Assembly: GCA_964496505.1 (NCBI GenBank)
Contig: CAZBZV010000002.1
Location: 37,179-101,178 of the forward strand
Length of the DNA stretch: 64,000 bases
Reading direction: 5' to 3'
Origin: an uncultured Ignavibacteria bacterium
Lineage (GTDB): Bacteria > Zixibacteria > MSB-5A5 > JAABVY01
Within the stretch, counting starts at the first letter, position 1. Each line of letters starts with the position of its first letter. The position numbers were made by a program, and so were the translations under genes. The notes beneath the pieces are model-generated. The model saw only the letters and a program-made list of their open reading frames with translations. It was not told the DNA's origin and did no database searches. This document shows positions 55,701 to 64,000 of this stretch, one piece after another.

Positions 55701-57594
55701 AGTTTGCTTTACCCCGGGTCAGTCGGGCAGTTATGACTTCACGATCAGGGTAACCGATCACTGCGGTGAATTCGACGAGGGCGATGTTTTGGTCACGGTT
55801 GACCTGAATGAGCCCCCGCAGATCACGGCCGATCCCGACAGCCTTTATCATGAGTACTGCGGATCCGGCGCTCCCGAAGTGGAGCTTTGTTTCGAGGGTC
55901 TTACGATTTCCGATCCGGATGATGATGTTTCAGTTCTGACAGTCGAGAAGACTGCGGGACCGGGCACGTTCGATCCTGCGACAATGATCACCTGCTTCAC
56001 TGCTCCGGTTATCGATACGGTTATAGACTTTGTCTACAGGGTTTCAGATACATGTGAAGCATACGATATGGATACGGTTCAATATTATATATATGTCAAT
56101 CCCGAATGCGATTCGGCCACATGCCTTGAGGTCTGGATCGAGAATACCGAATGTGTGACCACCAACAGCAATGTTGAGGTCTCGATCACTGCCGATTTCG
56201 CTATTGCGATTGGCGGATTCGATATGGTCGTGAAATTCGATCCCACAGCTTTCACATTGACCGGCGTCACGCGCGGCAATGGCACCGAAGACTGGGAATT
56301 CTTTACATACAGAGAGGGCGACATCGGCGGATGCAGCCCGGTATGTCCTGACGGTTTAATAAGAATCGTCGGTATTGCCGACCGTAACGATGGACCCTAC
56401 CATCCGCCCGAGGATGCTTATACGCCCAACGGCGATATTGCCAGGCTGAACTTCTACGTAACCAACGACCTGAACTTCTCCGGCCTGACATACCCGGTCG
56501 ATTTCTACTGGGTCAAATGCTCGGACAACGCCTTCTCATCGAAAACAGGTGACACGCTTTTTGTGGAGAAACTGATTACAAACCAGTACGGGGTTGTCTG
56601 GGATGAATTTGATGATGAGAACTATCCCGAGGAAGATCGTTTCAGGGGTGTGGGCGTACCCGACAGCTGCCTGATCGGCGACAAGGTAACCCCGCATCGC
56701 TGTGTCATAATGCACAACGGTTCGATATGTATCATCGATCCGGATGAGATCGACAAGCGCGGCGACTTGAATCTGAACGAACTCGCCTATGAGATCGCGG
56801 ATGCTGTGCTTTACACCAACTACTTCATCTACGGTCCCGCGGTCTTTACGATCAACTTCGACGGCCAGGTGGCAGCATCTGACGTTAACGCTGACGGTCG
56901 TACATTGACTGTGGGTGACCTGGTATATCTGATTCGTGTACTGATCGGCGATGCCAACCCGATCGATAAGCTCAATCCGTTTGCCGAGAATGTTAATCTG
57001 ATGCTTGAAAAGAGTAGCGGCGAGATCGCCATTAAGACAGAATCGAATTCCGAAATCGGAATCGCGCATTTCGTCTTCGATATCTCCGAGACCAATACAA
57101 CACCGGAGATCACTCCCTCTGGCGATCTTTCCGGCATGGACCTCCGTTATCATGTGGATGGCGATATCATGCGGGTTCTGATATACAGCATGGATACATA
57201 TCATATCTCGGCGGGAGAGAATTTGCTGGGAACGATAAATGTTGACGGTGATGTCAGCCTGGTTTCGACAGAAATGGCCGATTATTACGGCAGCGATCTG
57301 GCAGTGAATCTGCGCGAGGTATCATCGTTGCCGTCGGATTACGAACTCTCCCAGAACTTCCCGAATCCGTTCAATCCGGAGACCGAGATTCAACTCTCGC
57401 TGCCGGAGGCCTCTGACTGGAGAATTGATATCTTCAACATCAACGGCCGTTTGATCGAGACATTCTCGGGCTACAGCGAGGCCGGTAAGGTAACGGTTAA
57501 GTTCCAGGCCGATAATCTGGCAACCGGTATGTATTTCTACCGCGCAACTGCGGGAGATTTCACTGATACGAAAAAGATGATTCTTCTAAAATAG
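52747..57594 (+). CDS. Giant 1615-aa secreted protein. About ten tandem Cys-pair repeat domains of roughly 95 aa are followed by a cohesin-like module, a dockerin-like module and a T9SS C-terminal domain.
   Basis: A signal peptide is present. The repeat pattern LP(D/E)DF..L.C....IC....A.D.D recurs about ten times between roughly 53.3 and 56.1 kb. The cohesin-like stretch reads FDMVVKFDPTAFTLTGV. The dockerin-like stretch DKRGDLNLNELAYEIADAVLY...ASDVNADGRTLTVGDLVYLIRVLIGD follows. The tail LSQNFPNPFNPETEIQLSLPE...GMYFYRATAG matches the T9SS CTD pattern. Confidence 0.7.
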   Translation: MHPKNPRCAFIFFALALLFFLSPNIYADPVDKNIQDSLISLAPGEPSLQELLDSLGYTIDVANDELGWEAFCAAPGSQVAMILEQVAASATSASSGWYDAADSADKYELFAPGDSAGDSTVFIIENADSIGFYMTPNLTGYESWYTQNVYNDDGFDHALIFPTGNAHEYIIAFEDLKDGGDADYNDLVFRVRFENAPPVLSLPDDMYFNVCYEDYVCFDVGAYDLNCLGDTVTLEMLEGYGSFTTLTGPGEVSTEHCFIPWATDSTYLFVFKATDNSGAFVIDSFEVVYDINERPTFSLPEDFDTLICEYDSICVPFEVFDADGDDLDIEFLEGEGTVDYINETFCFLPDKVDFASYTFVLKASDSCCSAKESLDPNLVPVPCPEDTITIGVTVNLEPNLVTVPDFDTLICEPTEICFPVSATDANEGDNVTISVSSPATYDGLTGEVCFMAEADGVYEIIVTATDQLCGAVAEDTVVATVDLNEPPELVVANDTSYYFCSDPYEICFDNTVNDPDGLEGNTFSLISGPGTIDPATGTVCFTPQEPGEYEFVINVTDICENSDTDTVYISVSMNSPPVLTLPDDFTALLCDLEQICIQATADDPDLPDDELTFLKVSGFGSINSQTGELCFTPPVAGTYDFVIRVRDLCGEVDQDTISVDVQLNSPPLMTVEPNMSVFFCDPGDTACITLTADDPDLNETLIFEQVAGPAGNLNPETGEFCFELSGAGDYDFAFRVVDQCGEADTADVLVTAEMNTPPTVLLPEDYSDTACASGDEICFQASFDDLEGQDLEITVLPFGSYSEGTVCFPAEASQDTTFCIIVQATDICGAMGEDTICIDVHYNLPPTVDIFPDTTIKVCEPPENFCFSYTTQDPDSPEPEITIEQGSGIIQNGQVCINIDTIGTYCVTIRATDECGAYAEDDACVIFSANQPPVLTVSDDINESFCEPTEICFDNSATDPDLPNDTLTFSFTNAPEGATITENGRVCFTPGQSGSYDFTIRVTDHCGEFDEGDVLVTVDLNEPPQITADPDSLYHEYCGSGAPEVELCFEGLTISDPDDDVSVLTVEKTAGPGTFDPATMITCFTAPVIDTVIDFVYRVSDTCEAYDMDTVQYYIYVNPECDSATCLEVWIENTECVTTNSNVEVSITADFAIAIGGFDMVVKFDPTAFTLTGVTRGNGTEDWEFFTYREGDIGGCSPVCPDGLIRIVGIADRNDGPYHPPEDAYTPNGDIARLNFYVTNDLNFSGLTYPVDFYWVKCSDNAFSSKTGDTLFVEKLITNQYGVVWDEFDDENYPEEDRFRGVGVPDSCLIGDKVTPHRCVIMHNGSICIIDPDEIDKRGDLNLNELAYEIADAVLYTNYFIYGPAVFTINFDGQVAASDVNADGRTLTVGDLVYLIRVLIGDANPIDKLNPFAENVNLMLEKSSGEIAIKTESNSEIGIAHFVFDISETNTTPEITPSGDLSGMDLRYHVDGDIMRVLIYSMDTYHISAGENLLGTINVDGDVSLVSTEMADYYGSDLAVNLREVSSLPSDYELSQNFPNPFNPETEIQLSLPEASDWRIDIFNINGRLIETFSGYSEAGKVTVKFQADNLATGMYFYRATAGDFTDTKKMILLK

Positions 57595-57634
57595 AGCATC
57601 AATATCCTCATTGGACGAGAAGAAGCAATGAGAT

Positions 57635-57667
57635 GAGCGGGACTTAGATGTCCCGCTCTTTTTTTTG
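57635..57667 (+). terminator. Rho-independent terminator
   Basis: The hairpin GAGCGGGAC-ttagat-GTCCCGCTC is followed by TTTTTTTT. Confidence 0.7.
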
Positions 57668-57798
57668 CTTTGAATAAAAGGCGGGCCTAAATGTAACTAA
57701 ATTAGATGACGGCTGTCTGATAGGGTAGGTAAGACTTAAGGGGATTGACAATTGAATTAGTATTTGATGTTGAATTGGAAAATTTCAGGAGAGTTAAT

Positions 57799-57870
57799 AT
57801 GAAATTAGACTGGATAATTTACTTTTTCATTTTAATAGCGATTACAGCCGCAGGAGCAGTCTGGTTATAG
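57799..57870 (+). CDS. Candidate 23-aa hydrophobic small ORF, MKLDWIIYFFILIAITAAGAVWL
   Basis: An RBS AGGAGA lies 6 nt upstream of the ATG. The product would be a single transmembrane helix. It is shorter than the ORF-track cutoff and is speculative. Confidence 0.2.
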   Translation: MKLDWIIYFFILIAITAAGAVWL

Positions 57871-58027
57871 ACTGTCGGTCAAGTGCCATTGACATTTAAC
57901 AGTGTATTAGAATGTTTTTGGATCCCCTCGGTGGGTTCTATTCTCGTGGTTTCATAATCCTTATCCTTGATTGTGGAGGAGAAGCCCGCCCGGAAAACTC
58001 CGGGCGGGTGTTTAAATCTCTGCAGTA

Positions 58028-59083
58028 TTAATCTCTGAGCGAATCTTTAATCACCGCCAGGTTCGGCACCGGTATGGGGCTTATAGTGTCGCTTTTGGGA
58101 TCGTAGGTCAGACGATATGATATGCTCGGATTGCCCTGGTCATACATGACCTTCCAGCCCCGCACCAAATAGGGGCAGGAATCGGTTACACAGACATAGA
58201 TATCGTGATCCCAGGTGCTCATGGGATTGTCGGTAATGCCCCAGAGACGCATCTTCTGCCCGCAATAGGGGCACTCATGCGTCTCGCTGATGCGTGCCTT
58301 GCGCTTTTTTATTATCTCCGGCTCGAGATCATCACGGTATTCCTGTGGGCGGGGACGCTTTGCACGTGAGATGCCGGCGCCCTTTTTGTCGGCATAGACC
58401 GCGAAGATCGGATCGCTGGGAAAGCCGGTAAAGGCATACTTGTCATCCTCCGGCCGCGGCTGACCCATAGAGATAAAGACCTCAGGATTTTCGAACATAT
58501 CGGTATATTGAAAATAATCGATTACAACCTTGATCCTCTCGTCGAATGTCAGAAGCTCCCAGGATTTGACCGCCTTGGGCGCAAAAGTTCGGTTGGAGAA
58601 GATCACCAGATGCATTCCGCCCGGCTTGAGTATTCGCGAGACCTCTTTGAACATCTCCTTAGGCCTGGTGAGATACTGTATCGAGACAGTATTTATGACG
58701 ATATCAAAGCTCTCATCCTCAAACGGGAGTTTCGTATTCTTATTAATGTCCTGGATTACATATTCATCCAGAATCGGATTGGACTTGAGCTCGTTTTCGT
58801 TCAAGCCCAGCCCGACAACGCGCGATGGATTGATATCTTTGGGAAGATGCGAATCGATGCTGGCCATCAGGTCAAGTACAGCCGGACGATCCTCTATGGT
58901 CAGGTGGCCGATCAGCTTTTCAACCGTTTCCAGAGCATTGGAATCGAGATGCTGAATCATCCTGTCCCGTTTGTAAAATTCCGCATCATCGGACTCATCC
59001 TCGCGCGAAAAAGCGTCCGGGCTTTCAATTATATCCTTATAGCTGGTGTCATCTGCATAGATGTCTTTTTCCTCGTAAGCCAT
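58028..59083 (-). CDS. Class I SAM-dependent methyltransferase with a C-terminal cysteine-rich (zinc-ribbon-like) tail
   Basis: The Methyltransf_11-like core reads DIVINTVSIQYL...LKPGGMHLVIF. The tail reads CPYCGQKM...CVTDSCPY. Confidence 0.55.
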   Translation of the reverse strand: MAYEEKDIYADDTSYKDIIESPDAFSREDESDDAEFYKRDRMIQHLDSNALETVEKLIGHLTIEDRPAVLDLMASIDSHLPKDINPSRVVGLGLNENELKSNPILDEYVIQDINKNTKLPFEDESFDIVINTVSIQYLTRPKEMFKEVSRILKPGGMHLVIFSNRTFAPKAVKSWELLTFDERIKVVIDYFQYTDMFENPEVFISMGQPRPEDDKYAFTGFPSDPIFAVYADKKGAGISRAKRPRPQEYRDDLEPEIIKKRKARISETHECPYCGQKMRLWGITDNPMSTWDHDIYVCVTDSCPYLVRGWKVMYDQGNPSISYRLTYDPKSDTISPIPVPNLAVIKDSLRD

Positions 59084-59231
59084 TTTTCAGCTCCTTTTTG
59101 TGTTTCTGCTTAAATATCTTTGAGGGTCATAACGGTGAGGATTAGCCCCCTCGCCATATCGCCCTTCATCATAGAGATAAAACAATATGATGGCGAAAAT
59201 GTTCGGGGGAAGGGGTGGAAAATTTAACGGA

Positions 59232-60140
59232 TTATTCCGTTTCGTATTTGGTGCGGGTTTCGGTGACTGTTTTGGTTTGGACGGAAACTTCCATGCCGCC
59301 GTACATGTTCATTTTCAGCGTCTCATTATCTTCCGTATGCTCGTAATAATAGAGCATGGTCGCAGGATCTATAATCCATTTGCCTGTTGATTTGATAGTA
59401 CTTCCCAGAAGTTCAAAATACTCGGTCGGCTCCTCGCTTTCGAGATAAAGCTTGCCCATCGCTTCTTCATAGTATTCGGTAAAATGAAGCTCACTTAAAT
59501 GCTCGAATTCGATTACCACACATTCGATCCCGTTATATTCAATAAGCTCCGTAAATGTGATTGTCTTTTCGACGATCTCTGTAAAGTTCAGGTTGTTGAT
59601 CGTATCGACGATTGTCCAGGTATCACCGATTTCAGCGGTTTTGCCGTGAAAGTCAGCGATATGTTTTTTCCAGATTCTGGAAGCGTTTATGATAACGGGC
59701 TCGTAGTCGAATGTTTCGGGCATATATTCTGCGGTGCCGTAGGGGTCTTTGGTAATCATCGAATCGCGCATCTCCTCGTAATTGGCCAGCGAGTCGAGAC
59801 GAAAATTCGAATCGATAATCATGACAAACGGAACATTCTGCATGGCGCTGAATTCATTCTCGGTATCGATTTCTCCGTCCCTGATACATTCGATGTCATG
59901 GAGAATTGATGTGATAACGAAATTGGCGTTTGATTTTTCAAGGAGCAGGGAGCTGTGCAGATTGCATTTGCTGCTTGTTTCGCCAAAAGCGGCTTTTCCA
60001 TCCTCTATTTTTGTAGTGTACTCAGTGGCCCGGGTCGAATCGGGCGGATTGAAGGTAAATGATATTTCCTGCGCAATTGTTGTTTTCACAAGCGCAATAA
60101 TAATCAATAGTACAAATATGAATAACCGCAATAGAGTCAT
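59232..60140 (-). CDS. Secreted hypothetical protein
   Basis: The signal peptide is MTLLRLFIFVLLIIIALVKTTIAQE. No domain was recognised. Confidence 0.4.
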   Translation of the reverse strand: MTLLRLFIFVLLIIIALVKTTIAQEISFTFNPPDSTRATEYTTKIEDGKAAFGETSSKCNLHSSLLLEKSNANFVITSILHDIECIRDGEIDTENEFSAMQNVPFVMIIDSNFRLDSLANYEEMRDSMITKDPYGTAEYMPETFDYEPVIINASRIWKKHIADFHGKTAEIGDTWTIVDTINNLNFTEIVEKTITFTELIEYNGIECVVIEFEHLSELHFTEYYEEAMGKLYLESEEPTEYFELLGSTIKSTGKWIIDPATMLYYYEHTEDNETLKMNMYGGMEVSVQTKTVTETRTKYETE

Positions 60141-60291
60141 CCTAATGGTGTCCCTCGCTAGTTAATATCTGTCCGACAGGGATAAAATAATGCGGTCTGC
60201 GGATATGTCAACATGAAACGGTCAGCTACATTCTAATGACCCAAGATATTATCCGCCTGCATACTATTTCAATATCAGGTGTCCGTGGTCC

Positions 60292-60729
60292 TTATATGGA
60301 TGTCCTGTATTCATTGTCTAATTCATGCTCTTCTTTGGCTACCTTATAGGCCCAAATCGGTAGAACCACGAACTGATAAACGGCGATAAAGAGAATATTT
60401 AGAATACTTACCGGAGCGCTGAAAAGCGCGTATGATAAAATTACTGAGGCTATGACAACCAGAAAATAAAAAAGCATTCCTTTCGCGAGACGGTCAACAT
60501 AGATCATTCCCAGGGCGCCATAAATCGGAGAAGGCAAAACGCCCATTTTAAATACGAATATGAAAACCAGGAATATTATCCCGGGCAATGCCGCAAATAC
60601 CGCAGCCATAGCCGGATTTTTGTCATCTTCGACCAGAGCGCTATGTCTCAGGCTATCCATAATTATCCCCCGATAAATTTGAGTTGAGTTGTGTTGTGGT
60701 AAAATACATTCCCTGCTGACTTTATTCAA
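60292..60729 (-). CDS. Small integral membrane protein of unknown function
   Basis: Three to four hydrophobic helices are predicted. The protein is 145 aa. Confidence 0.35.
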   Translation of the reverse strand: MNKVSRECILPQHNSTQIYRGIIMDSLRHSALVEDDKNPAMAAVFAALPGIIFLVFIFVFKMGVLPSPIYGALGMIYVDRLAKGMLFYFLVVIASVILSYALFSAPVSILNILFIAVYQFVVLPIWAYKVAKEEHELDNEYRTSI

Positions 60730-60921
60730 GCATAAAATCGCTAAATAAAATTAAATTGACATTGTGCAGTGAATAGATGAAATTTAGAATTGAAGAAAAC
60801 ATGGCGCATATTCTTGTGGCAGCATATGATGGAGTTAAAAAAATGTAACCACAGGTCAAATTTGACGTATGCCTGATTGACCGCCTTAAGAGGTATATGG
60901 CAGAAGCAGTGTAGAACCGGC

Positions 60922-61833
60922 ATGGATATAATAGAAATTATTGACGTTACTAAAACCTTCGGTAAGCAGGTTGCGGTAGACAATCTTACCCTGAATGTTC
61001 CGCAGGGCAGTATCTACGGCTTTATCGGTCCCAACGGTTCCGGTAAGACTACCACACTTAGAATGATCATGAACATACTTTATCCCGATGATGGCGAGAT
61101 TAAAGTGTTCGGCGAGAGCCGCACCGGAAGTGCTTCGGATAGAATAGGTTATCTTCCGGAAGAGAGAGGCCTTTACAAGAACATGAAGGTCAGGGATGCC
61201 TTGATATTTTATTCCGGTTTGAAGCAAGCCGGAAGTTTGAAAGAGGAGGCCGATAAGTGGCTGGACAGATTCGATTTGCATAACTGGACGGACAGAAAAA
61301 TCGAGGGCTTAAGCAAGGGCATGAGCCAGAAGCTGCAGTTTATTGTGGCAATTCTGACCAGCCCCGAACTCTTGATTCTGGATGAGCCGTTCACAGGGCT
61401 CGACCCGGTCAATCTCGATGTTGTCCGGGAGGCCATACTGGAAATTCGCGATAAAGGTGCCACGATTATATTCAGCACACATGATATGAATATGGCGGAG
61501 AAAATGTGTGACTTTATTTTTATGATCTGTAATGGCCAGAAGGTCCTGGATGGAACCCTCGACTCGATTCAAAACCAATACAGCAACGAGACCATACGAA
61601 TTCATGCCGAAAATGGAAGTTCTATTACAAAGGAAATGAGTGGTATCGAGCAAATTCGAAATTATGGTAAATCTCAGGAGTTGCGCTTGAAGGAAGGTGT
61701 TGATCCGCAGGATATAATTTCTACTATTATGTCCCGGACACGAGTAAAGAGCTTTGAAGTCAGCAAATCGTCCCTGCATGATATTTTCGTGCGCATTGCC
61801 GGACGTGATGCTTTGAAGGAGGAAGATGCGTAA
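60922..61833 (+). CDS. ABC transporter ATP-binding protein of the ABC-2 exporter type
   Basis: The Walker A motif is GPNGSGKTT. The signature reads LSKGMSQK and the Walker B motif LLILDEPFTGLD. The start is at the Met of MDIIEII. The gene overlaps the permease gene by 8 bp. Confidence 0.85.
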   Translation: MDIIEIIDVTKTFGKQVAVDNLTLNVPQGSIYGFIGPNGSGKTTTLRMIMNILYPDDGEIKVFGESRTGSASDRIGYLPEERGLYKNMKVRDALIFYSGLKQAGSLKEEADKWLDRFDLHNWTDRKIEGLSKGMSQKLQFIVAILTSPELLILDEPFTGLDPVNLDVVREAILEIRDKGATIIFSTHDMNMAEKMCDFIFMICNGQKVLDGTLDSIQNQYSNETIRIHAENGSSITKEMSGIEQIRNYGKSQELRLKEGVDPQDIISTIMSRTRVKSFEVSKSSLHDIFVRIAGRDALKEEDA

Positions 61834-63139
61834 GATACTCTGGCTGGCAAGACGCGAATATCTCTCGACCATACGCACCAAGGGCTTCATCATCGGACTT
61901 CTCTTAGCGCCGATACTATTCAGCGGAAGCGGGCTTGCATTTATGCTTCTAAAGGACCGGGTGGATACGACAGATAAGCACATTGCTGTAATCGACCGTT
62001 CCGGTATTCTGGAAAATGCAATAATTGAAGCGGCCGCGGCCAGAAATTCCGAGGCGATTTTCGATGAGGAGGGCAAAAAAGTAAAGCCTGCATATATTTT
62101 TGAGAGCATACCCCCCGACTACAGTGATCCTCATGCCCAGCGTCTGGAGCTATCCAACAGAGTACGAGCGGGAGAACTGCATGCCTTTATGGAAATCGGG
62201 CGGGATGTATTGTATCCTGGCAGTGATCCGGAGCAGAATTCGATTAGATACTATGGCAAGAATGCCGCAATTGACAATATTCGCGGGTGGGTGGTATATC
62301 CGATTAACAATCATCTTCGCAAGCTGCGACTTGTGGAATCGGGAGTTGACGAAAGTCAGGTCAGCAGCGTTTTGAACTGGAGTAATGTGGAAGGCATGGG
62401 ACTGGTATCGGTTGATGCGGCCACAGGTGAAATTCAGAGTGCCAGGAAAAGTTCGGAGATAGAATTAATTCTGGTGCCTGTGGCGATCCTGATGCTTATG
62501 TACTTGATGCTGATGATGTCAGCGCTTCCGCTTTTGAATGCGGTTATGGAGGAGAAGAGCCAGCGAATTGCCGAAGTGCTCCTGGGATCGATGAGTCCTT
62601 TTGAATTTATGGCCGGGAAAGTATTCGGAGCAATCGCGCTTTCATTGACGGTCGCCGCGGTTTATGTCGGCGGGGGAGTAATAACAGTAAAATTTTTGGG
62701 CCTAAGCGAAATGGTGCCTTATCATGTACTTCCATGGTTTTTTGCATACATGTTACTTGCTATCGTCATGTACGGCTCATTGTTTGCCGCCCTGGGATCG
62801 GCCTGCAATAACGCCAAGGATGCCCAATCCTTAACATTCCCGGCCATGATACCGCTGATAATTGCCTGGTTCGTATTCATGCCGGTATTGCAGGAACCGA
62901 CCACCGGCTTTGCAACATGGCTCTCGTTATTTCCGCTTTGCACGCCGATGCTGATGCTGCTGAGGATTGCCTCGCCGATAGACATACCCGCCTGGCAGCC
63001 ATGGGTCGGATTACTGGGTGTTATGCTTTTCACTCTCTTTGCAATCTGGGCCGGGGGCAGGATTTTTCGGGTTGGGATTCTTTTGCAGGGCACGCCGCCC
63101 AAAATGTCTCGGATAATAAAATGGGCGATCCGAGGTTGA
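61826..63139 (+). CDS. ABC-2 family transporter permease
   Basis: An N-terminal transmembrane helix and large periplasmic loop are followed by five C-terminal helices. It is paired with the upstream ATPase. Confidence 0.65.
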   Translation: MRKILWLARREYLSTIRTKGFIIGLLLAPILFSGSGLAFMLLKDRVDTTDKHIAVIDRSGILENAIIEAAAARNSEAIFDEEGKKVKPAYIFESIPPDYSDPHAQRLELSNRVRAGELHAFMEIGRDVLYPGSDPEQNSIRYYGKNAAIDNIRGWVVYPINNHLRKLRLVESGVDESQVSSVLNWSNVEGMGLVSVDAATGEIQSARKSSEIELILVPVAILMLMYLMLMMSALPLLNAVMEEKSQRIAEVLLGSMSPFEFMAGKVFGAIALSLTVAAVYVGGGVITVKFLGLSEMVPYHVLPWFFAYMLLAIVMYGSLFAALGSACNNAKDAQSLTFPAMIPLIIAWFVFMPVLQEPTTGFATWLSLFPLCTPMLMLLRIASPIDIPAWQPWVGLLGVMLFTLFAIWAGGRIFRVGILLQGTPPKMSRIIKWAIRG

Positions 63140-63174
63140 TGCATTTTTATAATTGATAAGATATTTATGTCACA

Positions 63175-63208
63175 CAAAAAAAGCCCGGTATCTGCCGGGC
63201 TTTTTTTA
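63175..63208. terminator. Bidirectional rho-independent terminator between the convergent permease and pilin genes
   Basis: The hairpin GCCCGG-tatct-GCCGGGC is flanked by an A-run and a T-run. Confidence 0.65.
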
Positions 63209-63221
63209 TTATATTGACTCA

Positions 63222-63611
63222 TTAATTTGCGGCATCATTCGAGGTGCACTGCATCACACCGGTCTGATCAATAATCCATGTATCGGGTGTTGCATCGCTG
63301 TCAAGACCGGGGGATTCACAGTGAGCGGTGGCGGTGAATGTGAGCCCGTTGGCAGATATGCTGTAAGCATAGCGCGTATTGGGCAGAATCTCGATATCGA
63401 GTTCATTGATATTCTCGGTATAAAAATTATAAGCCTGAAAATGAGACCTCTCCATTGTATAGATTTGCTTAAGAATTCCCTGTGCCTCTGTCTGTTTTGA
63501 TTTCGTGGATGTATTCATGAAGCGGGGGATGGCAAGCATGGCGAGTACTCCGATTATAACAACAATTATGGTAAGTTCAATAAGAGTAAACCCTTTTACA
63601 GATCTTTTCAT
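63222..63611 (-). CDS. Type IV pilin or pseudopilin-like protein with a prepilin N-terminal methylation motif
   Basis: The sequence MKRSVKG|FTLIELTIIVVIIGVLAMLAIP carries the class III signal peptide and conserved Glu5. The protein is 129 aa. Confidence 0.7.
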   Translation of the reverse strand: MKRSVKGFTLIELTIIVVIIGVLAMLAIPRFMNTSTKSKQTEAQGILKQIYTMERSHFQAYNFYTENINELDIEILPNTRYAYSISANGLTFTATAHCESPGLDSDATPDTWIIDQTGVMQCTSNDAAN

Positions 63612-64000
63612 TTTTCACCTCTTTTTTAAATGTCTATTTAGTCCTTAATAATGCAACAGCCGTGCCATATTACACATTATTCCTAAGGGCTTGTAATGCT
63701 GTGCATTATGGTTCTAAGACGGTTGCAGCGGGAAAACATATAGAATGCACGGATTTGCATAGAAATATATTGATCCGGTACAAATCGGCATTTAACTCAG
63801 ATTGGGAATTATGAGTCAAATTTATGAATCAAAAGCATCAAATTCCCGTAAGAAAAAAGATAAGTTTATCCTTTTTGCTCGAGGAGGGATATTTGGGTTT
63901 CAGTATAAAGAGAATTCAAAAACAGCTATTGATTTTTCTGTTTATATTTTTTTATACCGGAATTCTTTCGGCTGAACTCAACAGGCAGTTTATGTCTGTA

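Noticed and set aside
1-64000. Searched by eye for tRNA or rRNA genes in all intergenic gaps larger than 150 bp
   Set aside because: No cloverleaf-compatible 70-90-nt segments were found. Anticodon and T-arm consensus (GTTCRANYC) are absent from the gaps. No rRNA-like conserved blocks were seen. Confirmation would need a tRNAscan or Infernal run, which was not possible here.

Overview
This 64-kb window looks like a contig from an uncultivated Gram-negative bacterium with roughly 50% GC. Two very large secreted proteins end in T9SS-type C-terminal sorting domains, which suggests the FCB superphylum; this is inference only.

The first 19 kb is mostly housekeeping and redox genes:
- a tandem pair of short MetE-like barrels
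- pepA
- a TolB-like propeller
- an Rrf2-dcd-PFOR(nifJ) operon on the minus strand
- a GlcD/GlcF-type FAD/Fe-S oxidase, then cobO, trxB and lipA
- a REC-GAF-HD-GYP response regulator and an M50 protease

The remainder is accessory and surface-oriented:
- a 1265-aa PQQ-propeller protein and an S8 protease, both ending in dockerin-like modules
- two giant paralogous proteins that combine a cohesin-like module, a dockerin-like module and a T9SS C-terminal domain
- a sigma-54 activator, a pilin and a pilMNOPQ cluster, plus a second pilin at the window end
- an ABC-2 exporter
- an orphan sbcC-like ATPase followed by a membrane-anchored SNase carrying an Ada-type zinc-finger-like tail

The most unusual sequence-level signal is a non-coding array of 254-bp tandem repeats at 24.2-24.8 kb. 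Each unit is built from nested inverted repeats and sits immediately upstream of the sbcC-like gene.

Several other duplicated non-coding elements are present:
- repeats flanking yjbQ-mtnA
- three CGCAT..ATGCG palindromes around an ArsR regulator
- a duplicated upstream region shared by two secreted-protein genes
- a palindrome-flanked, highly structured 250-bp element before ubiB

No rRNA, tRNA, CRISPR array, transposase or integrase was recognised.
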